Assembly (NCBI GenBank): GCA_051530055.1
Contig: CM121341.1
Coordinates: 6,674,784-6,738,783, forward strand
Direction of reading: 5' to 3'
DNA from: Neoechinorhynchus agilis
Lineage: Eukaryota; Animalia; Acanthocephala
DNA: 64,000 bases
Shown: piece after piece, positions 32,180-40,507 of the stretch
How the letters are laid out: the number at the start of each line of letters is the position of its first letter
Numbering within the stretch: position 1 is the first letter of the stretch
Program-made: the position numbers and the translations under genes
Notes under the pieces: model-generated
Databases searched by the model: none
What the model was told of the DNA's origin: nothing
What the model saw: only the letters and a program-made list of their open reading frames with translations

Positions 32180-32995
32180 ATGCCGTCTAAGAAAGCTCCG
32201 GGGACAGTTGGTTCAGCGCAAGCGGTTCCTGCTAAGCCTATAGATCCGTCGAAGCCGTTAACTCTCAAGCGACTCCCGCGTGTACCGGAGATCCTGTTGC
32301 TTCGCCGCAAGCAGCACGCCAAATCTCACCTTCTGAATCTCAAAAAACAAGCCGCTCAGCGAGCTAGGACTTCAAAGCGAAAACAAGAGATCTTCAAACG
32401 GGCTGAAAGATATGTTCAAGAATATCGGCGTAGTCAACGTGATCTGGTACGAGTAAAACGCCAGGCTAAGATGGCCGGCAATTTCTATGTGGATCCAGAG
32501 CCCAGACTGGCTTTTGTAATGCGGATTCGTGGTATTCTCGGTCTTCATCCTAAAGTCCGCAAGGTCCTTCAGCTTCTACGTCTTCGTCAAATCAACAATG
32601 GAGTCTTTGTTCGAATCAATAAGGCCGTCGTCAACCTGCTCAGAATCGCAGAACCTTACATTACATGGGGATATCCTAACCTCAAGACTGTTAGAGATCT
32701 GATCTACAAAAGAGGATATGGAAAGATCAATCGACAAAGAATTCCTCTGACGGACAATAAACTTATCGAGGATAATCTTGGACCAAAACATAATATTATA
32801 TGTATGGAGGATTTAGTTCATGCGATTTACACGGTCGATGACGACAAATTCAAAGCCGCTTCCAACTTCTTGTGGCCGTTTAAGTTGAATAATCCTAAAG
32901 GAGGATGGCGCAAAAAAGTCAATCATTTCGCGGAAGGAGGTGATTTTGGCAACCGGGAAAAGTATATAAATCATTTACTCCGAAAAATGATTTAA
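32180..32995 (+). CDS. RPL7: 60S ribosomal protein L7 (uL30), intronless CDS
   Basis: [103 protein letters not shown] at 32180. Confidence 0.97.
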   Translation: MPSKKAPGTVGSAQAVPAKPIDPSKPLTLKRLPRVPEILLLRRKQHAKSHLLNLKKQAAQRARTSKRKQEIFKRAERYVQEYRRSQRDLVRVKRQAKMAGNFYVDPEPRLAFVMRIRGILGLHPKVRKVLQLLRLRQINNGVFVRINKAVVNLLRIAEPYITWGYPNLKTVRDLIYKRGYGKINRQRIPLTDNKLIEDNLGPKHNIICMEDLVHAIYTVDDDKFKAASNFLWPFKLNNPKGGWRKKVNHFAEGGDFGNREKYINHLLRKMI

Positions 32996-33412
32996 TCTGG
33001 TTTTTCTTTGGGAAAACGTATTGGTATTTAGAGTGTGTTTGGAGGCGAGCAGGGAAATGTGTGAGAAGTGGTTTCGTCACTTTAACAATCAGAGCACTCG
33101 ATTGGATGCATGAACACGTCCGTATGCCCAGTAAAAGTAAATTTGGTTTATGAATCTAGCAAATTTCATCTTTCCTTGCTTAAATATACCGGAGTTTTTG
33201 ATGCTTCGAGCTTGTTAATTTCTGCATTGTCTAAAAACTCTAAGTTGATTATGTAATCTTTGCAAACGGTCAAACTGAAATTATTTAAATTTCAGCAAAA
33301 TGGACATTTAATATGAACGCTATCCAAAGTCTCCATTTTTTACCGCCAACGATTTTTTATTTGCTTGAAAAGTCTTCAAATTTCATATATCTGTGAATTA
33401 GTTCTTCATAGT

Positions 33413-33715
33413 CTTCCTTGGAGCCGAGGGAAGTGCCTCTTATGGGATGCAACCTGCACCGACACCATGGCCAAGTCCTTCGCTGATTTAGCCAGCAAAG
33501 GCCCCGGTGCTGTAGCGACCGCAGCGGAGCGTCGGAAAGTGGCGCTTCTATTTTGTGCCTTTCGGGATCGAAACGTTCGGGGTCCTCGAAGAATCCGCAA
33601 TTCAGCTGTTTTCAGATATAGCAAAGAGGTACATGGCGACGAAAAGGGACCCGCATGCGACAGCATCTCTCTCGCAGTACAACGAGGGAATGCTGAGAAA
33701 GCGTGAGGAAAACCG
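33413..33715 (+). mobile_element. CRE-like RLE endonuclease fragment (different subfamily)
   Basis: PWSRGKCLLWDATCTDTMAKS...AATAAERRK; PFGIETFGVL; SISLAVQRGNA. Confidence 0.8.
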
Positions 33716-34129
33716 CGGCTCCACAGATCATTATCTTCCAAAACTTGTAAATTTTATCAAATAAATTTTCTTGCCATTTATCGAAACCAATCCGGTTTCC
33801 ATCTTCATTCAATGTCAAGAAAGATCTTTATTTCCTTCCTTATTCTCCATCTTCTTATTTCGGATAATTCTTTATCTCAACTCACGATAATTTTCTCTCC
33901 CTCGAAACACTTCAGGATTTGAAATCGATAAATCGTCTATCGGCAACCAAATAAGCCTTCTTTCTCCATAAAGTTGAATCATGTTCTGCTTTACTTTGAA
34001 TCTAAATCCGATTTGCATTGAAGAATGTGAAAAATAAACTTAACTTCACTTGTTTTGAGCTCACGAAAATACAAGGAAGTAACTGAAATTTTTTAGACGA
34101 CAGATTGATACAGACACCCAATAGAAATC

Positions 34130-34320
34130 AGAAATCGCCCTTCAAAAAGGTTGGTTAGTGACGTCACTTTTTAAATTTCCGTTCGTACGCGCGCTTAAAA
34201 GCAAGAAGAAAGCATTGTGGATTACACTAAACCGGAAGAAATCTGTGTTAATAATGACGTGTAATCGTGTCTGTCTATAGGATAATTGCATCCGTTCGCT
34301 CTGATTGGCTCCATTTATTG
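34130..34320 (+). promoter_or_regulatory. Candidate housekeeping promoter of PDCD2L
   Basis: Palindromic TGACGTCA (34159-34166), ETS-like CCGGAAG (34232-34238), TGACGT (34255-34260) and reverse CCAAT ctgattggct (about 34300) all lie within 170 bp of the ATG. Confidence 0.5.
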
Positions 34321-34324
34321 AAAG

Positions 34325-36311
34325 ATGTCTATTCTTATTGGTTATTTGGAAAAGTCAGAACCGAATAAGACGGCCAAAAGTGAAGAATGTACAACATATT
34401 TTGGCCATGGTCCGGTACGCCAGACTCCAAAGCTCTGGATCGCTAATCGATGAACGTAGAGCACCTTGACGCCCAATGGCATCATTGACGAACTACGAAC
34501 TTGTGTTGAATGCAAGCAGAAACTTTGTTTTGTTCTCCAAATGTCTTGTCCATTGGAGAATGTGGATTTCGAGCGACACTTGTACGTGTTTGCTTGCGAA
34601 AATCCGAACTGTCAGGGCAAACGGAACAGGTGATTGTCTCAGTTAAAAATATTTTAAAAATTTGTTGTTTTTGTCGACAAAATTCGAGCTAACCGAAATA
34701 ACAGATCATTAAAGAAGAATACGTATTTCAACTGATTTTATGAGTCATTTTATCGATTCAATTGATCGAATAAATTATAATTATTGGCTCATTGAAGTTG
34801 GAAAAAATAGATTCGACTTTAATGATCTTTGATTTTATGAATCATTTTATCGATTCAATTGATCGAATAAATTATAATTATTGGCTCATTGAAGTTGGAG
34901 AAAATACATTGGACCTTAATGATCTTTCTCCGGTGTCGACAGCCACCCGGATGCAATCCTTAATAAAAAAAATGTAATTCCACCAAATACATCGATATCA
35001 TTTGAAATATTAAATTCTCTAACAACATAGAAATTTAAAATTGTGGTGATTACACTTTCGCATAAAATGTATTTTATTGTTACCAAATATTTTTGAATGA
35101 GCAAGCTTCGCCTCTAGATCTAGTCGATTTGATTAATTTTCCTCTTTCGAAATACTTCGTAGCAATAAAATTCATTTTATGCGAAAGTGTAATCACCACA
35201 ATTTTAAATTTTTTTCTCCCGGATTGTTGTTAGTGTTGATCATTTATTTTTAAAATATTTCGTAACCTTTTTGCTAACCTCTTCAGTTATTTTCCTTGTA
35301 AGTTTTAAATATGACAAAGAAAGTAACTGAAGAGGTAAGCAAAAAAAGCTTACGAATATTTTAAAAACAAATGATCAACACGAACAACAATCCGGAGGAA
35401 AAACATCGCTAAACTCGAATAAAACTTTAAATCTTCGCTCAAAATACCAAGGGGTTTTTCGTTTTAATGCACAAAAATACTGATTACAAAAACAGCGAGC
35501 AATATTATGAATTTATAAATGGAAACAATTGTGATTTTGACACTTAAGAACGTTGGAATAAATCGACTTTTTCACTCTCCGCATTACTTAGTTGGACTGT
35601 TTTCCGTGACCAATCGATATCTTCCAAAGTATTTTATTATGACGCGATTCCCAAATCCACAAAGAACCACACAGTATTGCCATTTCGACCGCTTTCATCC
35701 CAAGTCGAAGAATTCGTTAATCCAATCGATGAAAAGCACATAAAAGAAACTCTTTGTATGGTGGACACCATGTAAGTTGACGGTTGCTTTATTAAACGTT
35801 TTCGTTAGGTTTTTCTTTGTAAACAGAGATAGTTCTGAGTATGAGCAAACAGATCCAAATCACGGTGATGTTGTGTTTCATAAGTTCTTGAGCCGAGTAA
35901 ACTACAACCCTGATCAAGTTTTAAGGTTTGTTGTTGTTGATATAATCAATATGGAAAATGTTAACACTTTTAGATACGAATGGAATGGAAAACCTCTTCG
36001 ATACACTGCTAAATCACCTGAGGAATACGTAGCGACAAAATGCACGTACTGTGGATCCGATCGGGTATTTGAATTTCAGCTCATTTCCACCCTGGTGAAT
36101 TATCTAAAAAGAGGAAAACGGACAGGTATTGTTCTTTTTAAACGCACCGAGGATTTTTTTCACAAAAAATTTAGTCATTGAATTTGGTACTATAAATGTG
36201 TTTACTTGTCGTAAAAGTTGTTGGAGTGCAAACGATGTATTGCCAAAAAAAGAGTTCGTCAACGTTGAGTGCGATCCAGATTTCGATGCCGTTAAAGCCG
36301 TTTTTAAATAA
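34325..36311 (+). CDS. PDCD2L: PDCD2L/TSR4-family protein, multi-exon
   Basis: Exon 1 (34325-34414) MSILIGYLE...TTYFGHGP; exon 2 CVECKQKLCFVLQMSCPLENVDFERHLYVFAC; C-terminal EYEQT..GDVVFHKFLSRVNYNPDQVLRYEWNGKPL, CTYCGSDRVFEFQLISTLV, EFGTINVFTCRKSCW. Confidence 0.9.
34733..34905. repeat. Direct repeat of about 97 bp, 2 copies, in a PDCD2L intron
   Basis: tgattttatga-tcattttatcgattcaattgatcgaataaattataattattggctcattgaagttgga at 34733 and 34830. Confidence 0.9.
35031..35398. mobile_element. Two adjacent foldback elements in a PDCD2L intron (35031-35211 and 35215-35398)
   Basis: aaatttaaaattgtggtgattacactttcgcataaaatg pairs with cattttatgcgaaagtgtaatcaccacaattttaaattt. ccggattgttgtt-gtgttgatcattt...cttcagtta pairs with taactgaag...aaatgatcaacac-aacaacaatccgg. 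Confidence 0.8.
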
Positions 36312-36689
36312 AATAATAAGCAGCAGTTGCACAATCATGTGATTTCTCAAGAACCACCAAATTTACACAAAAATCAGGTCGATTTTCGTGGCCTTATTGA
36401 CAAGTAAAAAAAACCACGTTTCTAAATTCCAAAGTGTGCGGATTTTAAAATCTCAACCTCGCATATTGATAATTTTTCACCTACATCAAACCAAACTCTC
36501 GCAGCAAGTTTATTTTGCGTCTCTTAGTTTTGTTAGTGCACACGATCAAGAATCATAAATATATTATCCTGATGACGATTTCGGACTCTATAAAAGCTTT
36601 ATAAGGTTGTTGTTTTTTCAAGACGAAGTATTTATTATTATTACGTTTTTTAAGCAAGCATACATAATTTATAGTTTCTTCAACGCTCC

Positions 36690-36870
36690 CATTCATCGGC
36701 GCTGGCGAAAATGCTAGCCGCATTGCCCCACTGCACCGCAATGCTTATTTTTTGCGCCAAGAACGAAGTCGATCTTGGCTCTCCAGTCGCCGCGTTGATT
36801 CGTTTCCCCAAGTCCTTCGGGAGGGCCACGGGCGACCCTCCCAAGGTGCGTTTCCACACCGAAGGGGACA
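36690..36870 (-). mobile_element. CRE-like element C-terminal fragment
   Basis: LPKDLGKRINAATGEPRSTSFLAQKISIAVQWGNAASIF. Confidence 0.75.
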
Positions 36871-37031
36871 AAATGGTAGTCTCGGATTAGCTCCCTGTAT
36901 TTTGAGCAACCTGCTAATCTGAATAACTGCTAAAATGAATCTCTTCTGCCACGATTTTCTATTAAAAATTCGCCCGTTTTTCACAAAGAATTCTCATATT
37001 TAACATTGGATGAAGAATTAGTCAATTTGAA

Positions 37032-37935
37032 ATGAACGAAAAGATGCGGTTCTATCTTTTATTCAAAAATCGAACGGTACAACGAATCTTTGATTTCACT
37101 GGCTTTTGATGAGCAACACATAGTTTTTCGCTAAAGCTTTTCTGATCTTATTTTGTGTGTGTGTCATTGAGACAAAACTTCCCATTTTAGATGTTTATGC
37201 GTAAAGAAATACCATCGGACAATAGCTGTATGTTTAACAGTTTCTACTATTGTCTAAGTAACGGTCAGCCGTTAGAAGATGCAAGTCCCAGTTACCTTCG
37301 TAGTGCAGTCGTCGATTTCATAAAGAATTGGCTTAGAGATGATAAATGCGCTGAGAGATTTTGTAAAGCAACGCTTGGTCGTGAACTGGACGAATATTTC
37401 AAGTTCATTATGGCCCCGGAATCCTGGGGTGGTGCAATCGAGCTCAGCATTTTGGCTGAGATATTTTGTGTTCAAGTGAAAGTAGCCGATATTCAATCAG
37501 GGAATATTTATGCTTTAGGTGGAGAAGATGGTCTGGGACGAGACGAGGGGGCTCATGCTCCAAGGACTTGCATGTATCTTCTATACGACGGTGTTCATTA
37601 TGATGCCGCTTACAAGAAAATCGATGGCCAAGGAGTCATAACCATATTCGATGTGGAGTGAACATTCTCTGAAAGTTCTTTGGAAATAGAGGATATTCGC
37701 TAAAGATGACAAGGAAACGACTGAAGGGATCAGGAACTTGATTGAAAGACTAAAGAAAGCTAGACAGTACACCGACATATCAAATATTAATCTTCAGTGT
37801 GGACAGTGCGGAGCAAAGTTGATTGGTGCTGATGGTGCCAGGTCTCACGCTAAGAGCAGTGGGCATGTTTCGTTCCAGGAGTATTCGTGTGGAGAATTAA
37901 ATGCTCTCGAAAAGATTGCTTCCAAACCGAATTAA
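37032..37935 (+). CDS. YOD1: OTU1/YOD1 deubiquitinase (OTU domain and C2H2 zinc finger)
   Basis: IPSDNSCMFNS (catalytic Cys), SWGGAIELSIL, LLYDGVHYD (catalytic His), RQYTDISNINLQCGQCGAKLIGADGARSHAKSSGH. Exon 1 (37032-37076) is tentative; the last exon starts at 37690. Confidence 0.9.
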
Positions 37936-38270
37936 ATGATGGTTGCTAAAATGCGATTTTATTAAATAATATTTTTTCATGTGGAATTAAGGGCGACCCA
38001 CAAAAAACCTTATTTAATCTGCCCTTATAGATTTTAGATCAATTGACTATTGGATGCCTTCTTTCCTGAATTACTGTCTATTTACTCTGCATGGTCTGAG
38101 TTTTAATAAATAAAAAATAAATAGATTTAAACAACTACGTGATAAATCAATATAAAAATGCGTGTGGTGGCACTGTTCACAACCTGCACTGCTTGTCACA
38201 AATCGTTTTAGCCCTTCACGAGCGGTAACTGTCATTATATTTTACTTTTAAACACAAAAACAAGAGAACA

Positions 38271-39392
38271 ATGACTGAAGTAGTTCAACCAGCGAACGAT
38301 AATCGAGATTGTGTAGGGGAGCGTGAAAATCCAACGACAAAATCAGTTCCAACTCAGACAAGGTCAGAGATCTCATGTACGTTTAATGATTATAGTCACA
38401 TTCGATATCCTCATTTGGAGAACGTTCATCCGTTCTTACGAATCGCCTCGATAATCGATGAAGCTCGACAATACTACCCCGATCATGGTCGCGATGAGTT
38501 CATCCAGATGAGAATGACCGAGATGAGCATGAAATCCATTTTAACAAGTTTGCCACCCGCTGGAAACCCATTTTTGTATCATGGATTCAGTCAAATCAAA
38601 TACGTTCACGACTTGGTGGTCCCTGAAAACCAAGAACCCCTTTCATACCTCCGTATTATGAACAATTCCATAAAGATTATTTACGAACACATCTCTCGTC
38701 TATACATTCATTGCTGTTTTACTCCGGACTCAATAAGTGATGTTGAGGATATGTATTTACACATGGACACAGCAACTTGTCTTTTAATAAATCTCAAGCA
38801 ATACGAACCGAACTGTGGAATCCACGATAGGATTCGGGCTTTTGTAAGTTTTTATCGCGAAATTTTTATTTATCAAGCAATCCGACTCTTGGGAAATAAT
38901 CCAATGAATCTACTCGAAGCCCGCAGTATAGTGAAGCGAGCATTGCAATCTACACCCGAATGGCTAGAATCTGTCTTCCACATCCTGGTCATCGTTGATA
39001 TGAGTTTTGTTTTAAAGACTTTTATAATAGTTGATACCGACTACAACACCCTGTTACACTATTGTGTAAAAGAGAAAATTGCAATGGATTCCGACGTATT
39101 TCAGTGTCTCATTGCCCTTTGTGGATCAAGTTTTCAAAATATCAAATCTCAAACTCCTCTTGACATTGCGTTAAGACTCTCCACCGACGAACATTCCAAA
39201 AGTATGATAAAGCTGCTGGCTAGAAATCAAGCGAAATTGAGCATTCAATTGATTGCTTATTTTGCAGAACATGTAGATAGGTTCAGACCGATCGATGATC
39301 TCACCCGGGAAATTCAGTGGTCAGAAAATTACGAATCTATGCAGCAGTACAAGGAAAGCACTGAAGGCAACGCCGAAGAGCGCAATGCCTGA
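38271..39392 (+). CDS. Uncharacterised 373-aa protein with a C-terminal ankyrin-like repeat (weak FEM1-like C-terminus)
   Basis: Long clean ATG ORF; DTDYNTLLHYC...LIALCGSSFQNIKSQTPLDIA resembles an ankyrin repeat. Confidence 0.6.
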   Translation: MTEVVQPANDNRDCVGERENPTTKSVPTQTRSEISCTFNDYSHIRYPHLENVHPFLRIASIIDEARQYYPDHGRDEFIQMRMTEMSMKSILTSLPPAGNPFLYHGFSQIKYVHDLVVPENQEPLSYLRIMNNSIKIIYEHISRLYIHCCFTPDSISDVEDMYLHMDTATCLLINLKQYEPNCGIHDRIRAFVSFYREIFIYQAIRLLGNNPMNLLEARSIVKRALQSTPEWLESVFHILVIVDMSFVLKTFIIVDTDYNTLLHYCVKEKIAMDSDVFQCLIALCGSSFQNIKSQTPLDIALRLSTDEHSKSMIKLLARNQAKLSIQLIAYFAEHVDRFRPIDDLTREIQWSENYESMQQYKESTEGNAEERNA

Positions 39393-39645
39393 CTATGTGC
39401 GCAAGAAAATTCTTGGTTTTTGTTTTATGCTTTAGGACGTTTTTAAAATAATTGGCTTGGTTACAAAAATGAGCTGACGAGTACGGGTGAAGGGGAGCGG
39501 ATTTCATTTTGAGAAATTGATTAAGATTTTTTGTACCACAGTGTCAGAGCTCGTCCGAGAAAATTGGTAGTTGGTTGCAGATCATCTCAACGTTTGTCAG
39601 TGGTTTTTTTCCATGAATCCGATCAAATATACTTTATTTTCAAAT

Positions 39646-40278
39646 TCATGTTTGTTCCATCCGTTCGGGCGCAAATACACACGTATCTTCGTCTATCCTT
39701 CTTCCCTTCATAATGCTCTGACAAGCTTCTCCAATTGAGTTCCACAGAGCTTGGAAATACTGACTGAACTCTCGAGCAATCTGCCTTCCTTCTCCGTTTT
39801 CTCTCCCCATAACAACTACATTTTCGTAGTTTCGGAGACTGATGTCGGTCATGTTCATTGAACCATTGAACACTACGTTTTCATCAATAATGATGAATTT
39901 ATGGTGCAATATGGGAGGATGTGGCGGTGTACGAATTACGACTCCGGCAGCGTACAATTCTTCGAAATTCTCAGACCTTGTTTGCTCTTGAAGTTGGCTG
40001 AAATCACATATCATTCGGACTGGAATATCGCGATATCTACACTTCTTGATCGAATTGAGTATTTCAGTGGAATCAATAGCAAACAAGGCGATTTGGACAC
40101 ACTTCACAGCATTCTCAATGGACGCACTAAGATCACGCATGAGTTCAAATGAGTTAGTGGGACAGAAATAGACTCGATCACCACATGGACGGTTCCTTTT
40201 GTGCTCCGTAGGGGAATATCGGGACAACGAAGGTAATCGTTTTGTAGCAATCGGTAACGATTCGTCGATTGATTTCAT
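39646..40278 (-). CDS. PLD6: PLD6/Zucchini/Nuc-family single-HKD nuclease or phospholipase
   Basis: LHHKFIIIDENVVFNGSMNMT...NYENVVV; IALFAIDS; PVRMICD; FSQYFQALW. Confidence 0.8.
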   Translation of the reverse strand: MKSIDESLPIATKRLPSLSRYSPTEHKRNRPCGDRVYFCPTNSFELMRDLSASIENAVKCVQIALFAIDSTEILNSIKKCRYRDIPVRMICDFSQLQEQTRSENFEELYAAGVVIRTPPHPPILHHKFIIIDENVVFNGSMNMTDISLRNYENVVVMGRENGEGRQIAREFSQYFQALWNSIGEACQSIMKGRRIDEDTCVFAPERMEQT

Positions 40279-40507
40279 GATCTAGAAAAAATCAAGCTTT
40301 AGCTTCTTTTGAAAAAAAAGACAGCCAAAAAAACATTTTCTAATCTATGTTTACCTATCACAACGAAGACAAATCTCAAAAAGTTGCATAAATGTATTGT
40401 CGGCGATTAAACATTTTTAAGAATAATATAGTCAAGATGCGACATCTCTGTATTTCGACGAATTTCGAACTAATTTTTTTAAGAACTGTGGCGTAATTTT
40501 TTTGCCA

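Noticed and set aside
10747-40278. piRNA-pathway gene cluster (Tudor and Zucchini-like)
   Set aside because: The two genes are 27 kb apart with many unrelated genes between them; there is no evidence of linkage.
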